In this document: positions 52,674 to 63,936 of the stretch, piece after piece
Layout: the number at the start of each line of letters is the position of its first letter
Position numbering within the stretch: position 1 is the first letter of the stretch
Assembly: GCA_965204535.1 (NCBI GenBank)
Contig: OZ241996.1
Span: forward strand, 1,056,001-1,120,000
Length of the DNA stretch: 64,000 bases
Source: a bacterium
GTDB lineage: Bacteria; UBA8248
Direction of reading: 5' to 3'
Notes under the pieces: generated by a model
Databases searched by the model: none
Seen by the model: only the letters and a program-made list of their open reading frames with translations
Told to the model about the DNA's origin: nothing
Made by a program: the position numbers and the translations under genes

Positions 52674-53315
52674 TCATGGGTTTTGAGAGAGATAAAATGA
52701 GAGATGTTCCAGTTCGCTGCCCAAATCCACGTTTTTCACCTTCACATGGCGTGGCGTTTGAATTTGGGTGGGCGCGAAATTCAATATACCGGTGATGCCG
52801 GCATTCACGAGCGCCGTCCCTACGTTTTGTGCGTTTTTGCTCGGCACTGCGATGATGCCGATCTTGATCTGTTTTTCTTTCACGAGCTCATGTAAATCCG
52901 ACATCGGCAATACAGGAAGAGGACCGGTGCGGTGAGGGGGTATTTTATCGGGGAATTTATCGAAGACGGCGTCGATTTCAAAGCCATGAGCCAGAAAACC
53001 TTTGTACGCCAATAGAGCCGAACCGAGATTTCCTGCTCCGACGAGTACGACTTTCCATGTTTGGGTCACGCCCAGGATTTTTTTTAGATTGTCCCTCAAT
53101 TCCTTGATGTAATAGCCCTTCCCACGGACGCCGAATTCACCGAAATATGCGAGGTCTTTCCTGATTTGCGCGGGCTTGAAGCCACACTGTCGCGCCAGGT
53201 CGGCCGACGCGATGAGTTCGGTTCCCTCACTTTTTACTTGATCCAGTATGCGGGCGTAGGTGGACAATCGGTTCACAGTCGCCTCTGGGATTTTTGTTTT
53301 CGTGTTTTCCCACAT
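52674..53315 (-). CDS. rex: Redox-sensing transcriptional repressor Rex
   Basis: IPEATVNRLSTY, AQIRKDLAYFGEFGVRGKGY, GAGNLGSAL, GILNFAP. Confidence 0.96.
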   Translation of the reverse strand: MWENTKTKIPEATVNRLSTYARILDQVKSEGTELIASADLARQCGFKPAQIRKDLAYFGEFGVRGKGYYIKELRDNLKKILGVTQTWKVVLVGAGNLGSALLAYKGFLAHGFEIDAVFDKFPDKIPPHRTGPLPVLPMSDLHELVKEKQIKIGIIAVPSKNAQNVGTALVNAGITGILNFAPTQIQTPRHVKVKNVDLGSELEHLSFYLSQNP

Positions 53316-53515
53316 AAATGTAATGCGCACCCGCAATTTAGAAGTCAAGAGAAAGTCTCGCAGAGTACGACGCCTCTCTAGCGAGAGTAGATTTTATGCG
53401 TTTTAGTGCGCAGGGCAAGTGGAGATTAGCCGGCAAGGGAAAAAAGATACGCAATCCTTACGCCAAAAGGGTTTCCTGTGAGAGCGCATTCAGATAGTCG
53501 ACGTTGAGGAACGCG

Positions 53516-53543
53516 AAAGGGGGGCCGTCCGGCCCCCCTCTTT
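53516..53543. terminator. GC-rich hairpin terminator downstream of atpE
   Basis: AAAGGGGGGCC-GTCC-GGCCCCCCTCTTT; short T runs on both strands. Confidence 0.6.
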
Positions 53544-53565
53544 GAGTCTGCGAACGCTGGTTTAT

Positions 53566-53886
53566 CTAGCCGAGGATGATGATGAGGCAGATAACGAACG
53601 TATAAATGACAAGGGACTCGATCAGGGCGAGACCGATGATCATCGACACGCGAATATCTCCGCCGGCACCCGGGTTGCGCGCCGTACCGTCCAACGCGCT
53701 GGCGATGCTCCTGCTCTGGGCGAAAGCGCCGGCTGCGGCGGCGATGGCGAGAGCAAACGACGAGGAGATCATTCTCCATTTCAGAACTTCACCGCTTCCG
53801 GCATCACCGGCTGCGGCGGCGAAGGCATTTGTGGCCATGGCTACGAAGCTGGCTAGCGTAAATCCGATTATCCCCAAACGTTTCAT
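53566..53886 (-). CDS. atpE: ATP synthase Fo subunit c with N-terminal signal-like extension
   Basis: ARNP loop, GLALIESLVIY with the essential Glu; AAGGAG RBS. Confidence 0.95.
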   Translation of the reverse strand: MKRLGIIGFTLASFVAMATNAFAAAAGDAGSGEVLKWRMISSSFALAIAAAAGAFAQSRSIASALDGTARNPGAGGDIRVSMIIGLALIESLVIYTFVICLIIILG

Positions 53887-53932
53887 CCCTTACTTCTCCT
53901 TGTTGAAGTGATTCCTACATGAACCGTTATTG

Positions 53933-54655
53933 TTAATGAGCGTGGGCGGCCTCATGGCCATGCTCTTCGTCGTGGTCGTGCCCTTCAAGCGACCCGGCGA
54001 TATATATCATGGTCAAGAGGGTGAAAACAAAGGCTTGAATGAAACTTCCGAAAATTATAAACATCTGCATCGCCCAGGGAACGGGCAGGAAAATCTGCAG
54101 GCACAGCAGCATCAAAACGCCGAGCACCAATTCTTCGCCGGTGATGTTCCCGAAAAGGCGCAAAGAGAGTGAAAGGGGACGGCTGAGATGTGAGATGATC
54201 TCGATGGGGACCATAAGCGGAGCCAGCCACATGATAGGTCCCGTGAAATGCTTGAGATACGCCATTCCACTTCTTTTGAATCCCACGTAATGCGTGGCGA
54301 AAAATACGGTGAGCGCGCAACCCACGTTGGTGTTCAGGTTGCTCGTCGGCGCCATGAAACCCGGCAGTATCCCGATGACGTTGCACAGGAAAATGTAGGT
54401 TCCCAGCGTGAATACGAGGGGGAAGAAGGGTCGCCCCTCATTGCCGAGAGGGCCTTCCATGAAGGCGGAAAACCCGTCGAAAATCGCCTCAAAGAGGTTT
54501 TGTCCACCAACGGGTATCTTTTGCAGCGCTTTGGTCATGAGCAACGAACTCGCGATGAGGAACACCATCACCAGCCAGCTGTACACGATGTTCGGATAGG
54601 CGGACAGCCCCGGGAAGAACTCCATGAGATATAGGTACGGGTGAAATTTTTCCAT
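53933..54655 (-). CDS. atpB: ATP synthase Fo subunit a
   Basis: QNLFE, APTSNLN, IEIISHLSRPLSLSLRLFGN, IQAFVFTLL..YI. Confidence 0.96.
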   Translation of the reverse strand: MEKFHPYLYLMEFFPGLSAYPNIVYSWLVMVFLIASSLLMTKALQKIPVGGQNLFEAIFDGFSAFMEGPLGNEGRPFFPLVFTLGTYIFLCNVIGILPGFMAPTSNLNTNVGCALTVFFATHYVGFKRSGMAYLKHFTGPIMWLAPLMVPIEIISHLSRPLSLSLRLFGNITGEELVLGVLMLLCLQIFLPVPWAMQMFIIFGSFIQAFVFTLLTMIYIAGSLEGHDHDEEHGHEAAHAH

Positions 54656-54658
54656 GTG

Positions 54659-55054
54659 CTATGCTCTTGTAGATCCTTGTATTCGCAGGGCGCTGCGAGC
54701 CCCATGAATGAAAATGGCCAACGGCGGAACGGTCAACCCTATCACCACGCTCACGGCGGGAAGCCGGAGCCAGCCTATTGCGAGCGCTACGACGCCCATC
54801 AGGGCGAAAAACCTCAAAATGTATAAAACGTGATGCCACCATTTCGGGCGGCTGATGTTTTTCCGAAAAATGCGCGCGAAGTATACATCCATCATCCGAA
54901 AACTTCCAAGCGCGCAGGCGCCGCCGACCGCCACGCCGGCGCCCGTCGAAACGTCCCTCAGAACCACTCCCGCCAGGCTCATGACAGTCAGAATCACCCA
55001 GCCGGAATTCGAGATGCTTCTGAGGATGAACGATGGCGGGTCTTGGTTTCGCAT
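54659..55054 (-). CDS. atpI: ATP synthase protein I
   Basis: Four hydrophobic segments with LRF motif, directly upstream of atpB. Confidence 0.75.
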   Translation of the reverse strand: MRNQDPPSFILRSISNSGWVILTVMSLAGVVLRDVSTGAGVAVGGACALGSFRMMDVYFARIFRKNISRPKWWHHVLYILRFFALMGVVALAIGWLRLPAVSVVIGLTVPPLAIFIHGARSALRIQGSTRA

Positions 55055-55324
55055 TCAACGGACCCCTCTGATGAGATCGACAAAAGCGGAAACAAAACCC
55101 AAAAACAATCCGACCACCATCGCCCACGGATATGTACCGAAATAATAATCAATGACATATCCAATACCACCGCCTACGAGCGGCGCAGTCACAAAGTTCC
55201 AGCCCAATGTCGCGAGTTGCACGTTTCGCACACCCCTGCGAATCTTCTGATCCCGCGGCTTGGTCTTATTCTTCGCTTGCGGTCCGCGACTCGGCTCTGG
55301 AGAAGGATCGGAGGCCATGCCCAT
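55055..55324 (-). CDS. atpZ: AtpZ/AtpQ family ATP synthase accessory protein
   Basis: LG...G..IGY.ID..FGT.PW..G..LG pattern; first gene of the Fo operon. Confidence 0.85.
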   Translation of the reverse strand: MGMASDPSPEPSRGPQAKNKTKPRDQKIRRGVRNVQLATLGWNFVTAPLVGGGIGYVIDYYFGTYPWAMVVGLFLGFVSAFVDLIRGVR

Positions 55325-55369
55325 CTTTCTCCCCGGACGAGAGGTGCGGCAACGAAATTTACGGGCGCG

Positions 55370-55398
55370 AACCTACCAACACGGCCCGAGGGTGTCAA
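55370..55398 (-). promoter_or_regulatory. Putative sigma70 promoter of the atp Fo operon
   Basis: Minus strand TTGACA-17 nt-TAGGTT. Confidence 0.55.
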
Positions 55399-55540
55399 GA
55401 CGACTCGGGCGTCTCGGCGGGAAAAACGCATTTTTCCCGCATTTGCCCGTTTTTTCTGTGATTTGCGCGGCTACGGCGGCGAACAAAAGGGGTTATCCTG
55501 CCGATTCGGCGGTAAAGCGCCGCCGGAATCAAGCCTGAAA

Positions 55541-55591
55541 AATTTATCGTCAATTTATCGAAAAACCCCGTGAATTTATCGAATTTTATGG
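55541..55591. repeat. Helically phased AATTTATCG direct repeats
   Basis: Exact copies at 55541, 55552 and 55573; degenerate AATTTTATG at 55583. Confidence 0.6.
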
Positions 55592-55779
55592 GAATTTTCA
55601 GAAATTCCTTTTCTGCGAATACACCGACTCGCGTCTCAATCCTGCCACATTCACCCTCCTGCTTCGTAACGGCAACTGCACGCAACTGCGTGAGCGTCGG
55701 GTCCCGACCCGGGGGTTGCGCGCCCCGCGCCGGAATCCGCTTTTTGACAACCCCGCAAGACGACTCGACCGGGCGCGGA

Positions 55780-55808
55780 TTGACGCCGCCGCTCTCCTTT
55801 GCTACTCA
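55780..55808 (+). promoter_or_regulatory. Putative katG promoter
   Basis: TTGACG-17 nt-TACTCA with TG upstream of the -10. Confidence 0.4.
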
Positions 55809-55902
55809 GAATCGCCCGCCGTTCTCCGGGAGGTGCCGGGTGAAGCGCACGCGCGAGCCGTCCCGGAATAGCGTTATCCGTCAACATATGACCGGAGGGA
55901 AC

Positions 55903-58095
<2,193 letters not shown>

Positions 58096-58199
58096 GGAAC
58101 GGAAACGGAGTATATTCCGCTGAAACCCGGGCCGCGCGTTGGGCGTGGCCCGGAGTCGCACCTTGCCAAATCCACTAGCGGACGGCGCCGTTTAAGAGT

Positions 58200-58329
58200 G
58201 TAGGGGCCGCATATATGCGGCCCGGCCTTTCCGCAGCCAAACGGGTCGCATGTATGCGACCCCTACATACCGAATACGAAATCATCGAAAACGGCGATCG
58301 ATAGGGCGGACACATCGGTCCGCCCCTAC
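58200..58329. repeat. GTAG-family REP cluster (doublet plus single)
   Basis: GTAGGGGCCGCATATATGCGGCCC (58200-58223), GGGTCGCATGTATGCGACCCCTAC (58243-58266), GGGCGGACACATCGGTCCGCCCCTAC (58304-58329). Confidence 0.88.
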
Positions 58330-58384
58330 ACACACCTCATGTTTCGAAACGCTCCCTACGGAATGATGTGGTTCTCACCCTGGC

Positions 58385-58437
58385 CGTCATTCCGGCAATC
58401 TCTCTTTCCTCGGTCGGCATCGATTGCCGGAATAACG
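58385..58437. repeat. CGTC-tagged inverted repeat
   Basis: CGTCATTCCGGCAATC...GATTGCCGGAATAACG (15/16 complementary); first 12 nt identical to the repeat at 9512. Confidence 0.7.
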
Positions 58438-58672
58438 TATGAGAACACGCATCCGCGCGGGTCGTCACCTGAAAATCATTTTCGTTCCGGCTATCTTATG
58501 CGGTGGGTAAGTAGTATATTGAGCTATCTGAAAATTGAGGGATACAGGCCTCTTTTGATCTTTTGAGAGCATCGGAAGTGGTTTTCATCGTCTCCGGCGG
58601 AGTTGGCTGGAAGATGGCTGCGCGTACATTCGGTCCGGAATTTCTTGGGAAACTATCGAAAAGGAGAATGGT

Positions 58673-59794
58673 ATGAAATGGAACCTGAAAACCTGTTTGT
58701 TCTGCATCCCTTTCGTCATGATCCTGACAGCGGCTTTCGTTGCGCCCGCCTTCGGCATGACCCCGATTTCGCCCCAGGAGAAAAAGCTGATTCCGCTCGC
58801 CAAGAAGGAAGGGGCCGTCACCTTCCTCCAGACCTCCTTCAATAACCCGACAATCCGGCGCATGGGCGCGGCCTTCATCAAGCATTATGGCTTGGGAAGC
58901 GGCTTCAAGCTGAACTCCATCCAGAAGGGTACGGGGCCCACCGTGTCCCAGGCCCGGCAGGAGATACGGGCGAACAAGTTCAGTTTCGACGCCGTCGCCG
59001 TCGCATCGGCGGGCTTTTTCATCGGCGCCGCCAGGGCGGGGGCCTTTCTGCCCCTCGACAGCGGCCAGTTGAAGAACCACGAGGAAAACGCCAAGGCCCG
59101 CGGGATTTTCTATGACTACCCCCATTTCATCGCGCCTTTCTCCTACACCTTCCAGCCCGTCTGGAACTCGGGATGCCCCGGCGTAGGGGATTTGAAGGTC
59201 AACTCCTACAGCGACATCCTGGACAACCCCAAGCTGAAGGGGAAACTCATCGTCAGCGACGTCACCAAGAGCACCTCCTACTCCCTCACGACCATCGGCC
59301 TGATGGAGAACGGTTTCGACGTGCACGGGATGTGGAAGAAGATGAAGGCCCTCGACCCGCTCGTGGGCTTCCGCACCTCGGCGAAGCTTCAGTTGATGGC
59401 CAACTGCGAAGGCGCCGTGGACATGTGGAACATCACCGGCCGGATGATGCAGATCATCCGCAAGAAGCCGGACCTCGCCAAGGTCCTGCGGTGGGGCACC
59501 TACAAGGACGGCCACGTCCTCTTCGGGATGCAGGCGGGCGTCGTCAAGGGCGCGGCGAATCCCAACGCGGCGAAGCTGCTGATGGATTTCCTTCTGACAA
59601 AAGAGGCGGTGGACATCGTCGCCGAGGAGGAGATCAGCTTCTACTCCATGCTTAAGGGCTACAAGCCGCCCGCGTCCGTCAAGAAGTACATGATGGATTT
59701 CAATAAGGTGAAGACCCTTCCTATCAAGGATCAGACCGCGGCGGCGAAGAAGTTCAAGAAGATGCGCAAGGAGTGGCAGAAGGTATTCCGTTAA
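58673..59794 (+). CDS. ABC transporter periplasmic substrate-binding protein (Fe3+/thiamine/polyamine-like class)
   Basis: Signal peptide, AKKEGAVT, DILDNPKLKGK, GAANPNAAKLLMDFLL; AAGGAG RBS. Confidence 0.85.
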   Translation: MKWNLKTCLFCIPFVMILTAAFVAPAFGMTPISPQEKKLIPLAKKEGAVTFLQTSFNNPTIRRMGAAFIKHYGLGSGFKLNSIQKGTGPTVSQARQEIRANKFSFDAVAVASAGFFIGAARAGAFLPLDSGQLKNHEENAKARGIFYDYPHFIAPFSYTFQPVWNSGCPGVGDLKVNSYSDILDNPKLKGKLIVSDVTKSTSYSLTTIGLMENGFDVHGMWKKMKALDPLVGFRTSAKLQLMANCEGAVDMWNITGRMMQIIRKKPDLAKVLRWGTYKDGHVLFGMQAGVVKGAANPNAAKLLMDFLLTKEAVDIVAEEEISFYSMLKGYKPPASVKKYMMDFNKVKTLPIKDQTAAAKKFKKMRKEWQKVFR

Positions 59795-59819
59795 TCGATT
59801 GCGGCATGCCCCAGGTTCC

Positions 59820-59852
59820 GAGCCGGGAGACGAGATAGTCGTCTCCCGGCTC
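59820..59852 (+). terminator. Strong intercistronic hairpin after the binding-protein gene
   Basis: GAGCCGGGAGACGA-GATAG-TCGTCTCCCGGCTC 14-bp stem with no U tract; more likely an mRNA-stabilising stem than a terminator. Confidence 0.45.
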
Positions 59853-59878
59853 CGGAGCCGCTCGATTGAGGGGATATC

Positions 59879-61627
59879 ATGGCTGGCATATCCGGGTCTG
59901 AGGCTGTTTCCCGGAACAACTTAGGCTACCTGCGAAACTTCTTTCAGGCAGAGAATCTCGCCACCACCATCGTCAGCATCCTCGTTACGTTCATCGTCGT
60001 GACGCCCCTGATCGCCCTGGTGGTGGGAAGCTTTCTCGTGCTGGACGATCTGGGATTCGGCGCGGAGTGGGGCCTCGAGAACTACCGGGAGATGTTCGAG
60101 GATCCCGTCATCCGCAGATCATTCTTCAACACCCTTTTCGTCAGTACGGGCGCCACCCTGCTGGCCACCTTCCTGGGCGTCTCGCTTGCCTGGATCAACG
60201 CCCGGACGAATTGCCCCTTCCGCGACAGGATCGAGCCGATGAACCTCATCCCGTTCTTCTTAAGCCCTTTCGTCGGGGCGATCGCCTGGCACAACCTGGC
60301 CTCGCCCAAGGTCGGGATGCTGAACAATCTGGCGCGCGGGCTGTTCGGGATTGAAGGCGCCCTCCTGAACGTGAACAACCTGTTCGGGATCATCTGGGTG
60401 ACGGGGATTTTCTTTACGCCCCTTATTTATCTCTTCGTTGTGGGGTCGCTCAGGCGCATGGACCCCTCTCTCGAGGACAGCGCGCGCGTGAGCGGGGCGG
60501 GTCTGCTGCGCACCACTCTGACCGTCTCCTTGCCGCTCGTAGCACCCGGCATCCTTTCGGGCGCCATCATCGTTTTTGTCACCAGCGCGGGGGAATTCGG
60601 CGTGCCCTTCAAGTTGGGCGCGCCCTACGGCTATGAGACCCTGACGACCCAGATATTCACCAAGGCCGTGAGCGAGCAGGCGAACACCTACATGGGCTCC
60701 GCCATGAGCATGACGCTCGGCGTCATCACGGCCATCTTCATCTGGGTGCAGCGGCGCATCATCGCCCCTCGTGAGTTCACGACCGTGACCGGCAAGGGCT
60801 TCCGGCCCAACCTCATCGACCTGGGCCGGTGGAAGTGGGCGGCCTTCGGCTACAACGTCTTCTACATTTTCGTCACCGTCGTCCTGCCCATCTTCAGCAT
60901 TCTCGTCGTGAGCCTGCACAACGTATGGGTGGGCAGGATCATACCGGCGGATTTCACTTCACTGAATTACGAACGCATCCTCTTCTTCTGGTCGCCTAAT
61001 GTGATCCAGCCGGCGACGAACGGCATCCTGAACAGCTTCATCCTCGCCATATCGGGTTCCACGATCGCGATGGTCCTGGCCATCATTCTTTCCTTCCAGA
61101 TTCACCGCCGTAAAGGCAGGTTCGTCGGTCTGCTCGATTTCCTGTGCGCCGTGCCCGTGGGTTTCCCGGGCATCGTGCTCGGGATGGGGATACTCGTCGT
61201 CTACATCAAGACGCCTATCTACGGCACCCTCTGGATACTCCTCCTCGGCTACGTCACCCGGTTCTTCCCCTACGGGCAGCGAAACGTGGCCTCCGTCATG
61301 CTCGCCGTCTCCGAGGAACTCGAACAGAGCTCCCGCCTCGTCGGCGCCTCCTGGGCGACGACGCTCAGGCGCATCACTATCCCGCTTCTGAAGCCTGGCA
61401 TTTTCGCGGGCTGGCTCCTCATGTTCCTGATCTTCATCCGCGAGCTTTCCATCTCGATCATCCTGTTCACCGCGGGCACGGAGACACTATCCACCGGCAT
61501 CTACTACCTCCAGGAGTACGAGACGGAATCGCTCACGTGCACCCTTTCCGTCATTCAGACTTTCGTCCTCCTTGCCTGTGTCCTCCTGTTCCGTAAGATA
61601 GTCGGCCGGGAGGCGCTCGTCGCCTGA
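59879..61627 (+). CDS. ABC transporter permease with two fused domains (FbpB-like)
   Basis: Two EAA-type loops (LEDSARVSGA; LEQSSRLVGA) and about 12 TM segments. Confidence 0.9.
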   Translation: MAGISGSEAVSRNNLGYLRNFFQAENLATTIVSILVTFIVVTPLIALVVGSFLVLDDLGFGAEWGLENYREMFEDPVIRRSFFNTLFVSTGATLLATFLGVSLAWINARTNCPFRDRIEPMNLIPFFLSPFVGAIAWHNLASPKVGMLNNLARGLFGIEGALLNVNNLFGIIWVTGIFFTPLIYLFVVGSLRRMDPSLEDSARVSGAGLLRTTLTVSLPLVAPGILSGAIIVFVTSAGEFGVPFKLGAPYGYETLTTQIFTKAVSEQANTYMGSAMSMTLGVITAIFIWVQRRIIAPREFTTVTGKGFRPNLIDLGRWKWAAFGYNVFYIFVTVVLPIFSILVVSLHNVWVGRIIPADFTSLNYERILFFWSPNVIQPATNGILNSFILAISGSTIAMVLAIILSFQIHRRKGRFVGLLDFLCAVPVGFPGIVLGMGILVVYIKTPIYGTLWILLLGYVTRFFPYGQRNVASVMLAVSEELEQSSRLVGASWATTLRRITIPLLKPGIFAGWLLMFLIFIRELSISIILFTAGTETLSTGIYYLQEYETESLTCTLSVIQTFVLLACVLLFRKIVGREALVA

Positions 61628-61715
61628 TTCATTGCTGTACGGCCCGATATCGTTTTTTCGACATTCCTTGATTCAGCGCTTTTCGCGTCAATGGAGCATA
61701 TGAAGGAGGTTTTTC

Positions 61716-62603
61716 ATGACGCTGCAGACCATCGCCATCATCAGTCCCGGAGAGTTGGGAAGCGCCGTAGGCGGCGTCTTGAAGGAAAATGGACTAAACG
61801 CCGTCACTTGCCTGTCGGGACGAAGCGCGCTCACGCGGGAGCGGACCTTGGCGGCGGGATTCCGGGACGTTCCGACGATGGAAGTTTTATTGGAAGAAGC
61901 GGACCTCGTGCTCTCCATCATGCCGCCCGCCGATGCGGTGGATAAGGCCAGGGAGGTCGCGGCGGCGATGAGAGCCACCGGCCATCGGCCGGCTTATGTC
62001 GATTGCAACGCCATATCGCCCGACTCCAGCCGCCGCGCCGGGAAAATCATCACGGAAGCCGGAGGGGTCTATATCGACGGCGGGATCATCGTCGGCCCGC
62101 CGCCCTGGGAGGGGAGGGTTCCGGTTTTCTACGTCAGCGGCGAAGAGACCGACCCGATGACGCAACTGGACGGGAAAGGGATTTCGGTAAGGGTCGTCGG
62201 GAGCGAGGTCGGCCGCGCATCGGGCCTCAAGATGTGCTCCGCCGCACTCAGAAAAGGGACCCTCGCGCTGCAGACCGCCGTTCTGATCGCCGCAGAGGCG
62301 ATGGGACTGACCGAGGAATTCGAAAAGGAGATGCTCGGCAGCCGCGAGGCCCTTTACCGCCAGATCGAATCGGGAACGCGGCGCCTCCCCTCCGTAGCGG
62401 CGAGGTACGTCGGCGAGATGGAGGAGATTGCCGCGGCCTTCTCGTCCGTGGGCGTCACGCCTAAGTTTCACCAAGGCGCGTATGACGTGTATCGGCTCCT
62501 CGCCGAGACGCCGTACGCCTCCGAAACCCCGGACACGATAGACGGCGGCCGAACCCTGAAAAAAGCGGCGCAGACCTATGCCAATTACCTTCCGATGGGA
62601 TAG
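61716..62603 (+). CDS. NAD(P)-dependent oxidoreductase, 6PGD/3-hydroxyisobutyrate dehydrogenase-like (DUF1932-type C-terminus)
   Basis: SPGELG, YVDCNAISP, DGGIIVGPP, ASGLKMC, RYVGEMEEIA. Confidence 0.8.
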   Translation: MTLQTIAIISPGELGSAVGGVLKENGLNAVTCLSGRSALTRERTLAAGFRDVPTMEVLLEEADLVLSIMPPADAVDKAREVAAAMRATGHRPAYVDCNAISPDSSRRAGKIITEAGGVYIDGGIIVGPPPWEGRVPVFYVSGEETDPMTQLDGKGISVRVVGSEVGRASGLKMCSAALRKGTLALQTAVLIAAEAMGLTEEFEKEMLGSREALYRQIESGTRRLPSVAARYVGEMEEIAAAFSSVGVTPKFHQGAYDVYRLLAETPYASETPDTIDGGRTLKKAAQTYANYLPMG

Positions 62604-62655
62604 TCGTCTTGAATCCAGTGCAGGGCGATCCCGGAATCGTACCGGATAACTCAAG

Positions 62656-63936
62656 TCAGCCCGCGGGTTGGGCGACGGGGTGCGCCACGTCCTCTTTTCT
62701 GAGCGGTTTGATTCTCGAAGGGTAGGCGAGGACGAACAGCAGCGAGGTGACGCCGGCCGCGAAGCTGAGCAGGATGGAGAGCGTGTAGTCGCCCGTCATG
62801 TCGTGCAGCAGCCCGCCCATGAACCCGCCCGTGGCCATTCCCGAACTGGCGCCTGAAATGAAGGCCCCGTACAGGATGCCCACCCTTCTGGTGCCGTAGT
62901 ATTCGCGGGTGACCATCGGGTACATCGTCCCGTGTCCTCCCATGCCCGTCCCGACCATGAGGGCGACGGCGTAAAATACATAAATGGAATCGGACCACCA
63001 GAGCAGGGGAACGGGTATTGTTTGCGTCAACAGCGTGGTGAACAGCGCCCATTTCGACCCGATGCGGTCCGCCAGAATGCCCAGGCTGATTCGGCCGATG
63101 AGCGTCCCCAGGCCCATGACGCCCACGAGGCCCGCCGCCTGTATGTGGGGAATGCCCGCCTCGATCGCGATGGGCACCAGGTGAACGATGAGCACCGAGT
63201 GGCATATGCAGTCGGTGGCGTGGCTCGAAATGATCATCCAGAAGGGCCTGCGCTTCAGGATTTCCCGCATCCCCAGGGAGGCTTCGGGAAGAATCGGGGC
63301 GGTATCTTCCTGTCTGGCGGGGGAACCGGCGGACTCGCCGCCGTTAGCCTGTGGCCTTTTTTGCGGTACGAGAGACATGGCCGCGGGTATGGCGAGGACG
63401 AAGAAAATGACGCCCAGGTACAGGTAGGAGTTTCTCCATCCGTAGTTGCTGATGAAATAACCGGTGAGGGGCGCCAGAATCAGGATGCCGAGACCCGTGC
63501 CCGAGCCGGCCAGCCCGGTGGCCAGCCCCCGGTGTCTGGTCAGGTTGCGCTGTATGAAGGCCTGCACGGGCGTTGCGATGGCGGCGCGTCCCGTGCCCGC
63601 CATCACGCCGGTGAACAGGAAGTAGTGCCACAGGTTCTGGATGAAAAAGGACAGAAGCAGCGAACCGCCGGAGATAAGAATCCCGATGATCAGCACGGGT
63701 CTCGTGCCGAACTTGTCGGAAAAACCGCCCGCGATCATAGAGCAGAACGCTATCATGAACATGTTGATGGAAAACGCCGCCGAGGCCGTCGAGCGGGTCC
63801 AGTCGAATTCATCTACCAGGGGGTTCAGGAATACGCCGAAAAGAAAATTGAGGCCCGAGAAGAGCCCCAGCAGAACGAAAGCGGAGACGATGAAAACCCA
63901 GTGTCTGGGTGAGAAGAGACGGTGTAGTCGTTCCAA
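62656..63936 (-). CDS. MFS transporter (OFA/monocarboxylate-like)
   Basis: 12 TM segments, GGFSDKFGTR and GILADRIGSK MFS motifs, RGLATG..GSG.G. Confidence 0.9.
   Translation of the reverse strand: MERLHRLFSPRHWVFIVSAFVLLGLFSGLNFLFGVFLNPLVDEFDWTRSTASAAFSINMFMIAFCSMIAGGFSDKFGTRPVLIIGILISGGSLLLSFFIQNLWHYFLFTGVMAGTGRAAIATPVQAFIQRNLTRHRGLATGLAGSGTGLGILILAPLTGYFISNYGWRNSYLYLGVIFFVLAIPAAMSLVPQKRPQANGGESAGSPARQEDTAPILPEASLGMREILKRRPFWMIISSHATDCICHSVLIVHLVPIAIEAGIPHIQAAGLVGVMGLGTLIGRISLGILADRIGSKWALFTTLLTQTIPVPLLWWSDSIYVFYAVALMVGTGMGGHGTMYPMVTREYYGTRRVGILYGAFISGASSGMATGGFMGGLLHDMTGDYTLSILLSFAAGVTSLLFVLAYPSRIKPLRKEDVAHPVAQPAG

Noticed and set aside
53299-53317. Possible Rex operator at the rex start (TTCGTG..CACATAA)
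   Set aside because: GTG-N7-CAC spacing and inner bases do not fit the GTGAA-N4-TTCAC palindrome.
55570-55902. 111-aa N-terminal extension of KatG
   Set aside because: No KatG-like sequence, it contains promoter-like motifs, and a good RBS precedes ATG 55903.
58200-58437. Possible CRISPR array
   Set aside because: Repeats are inverted, irregularly spaced and GTAG/CGTC-tagged; no cas genes in the window.
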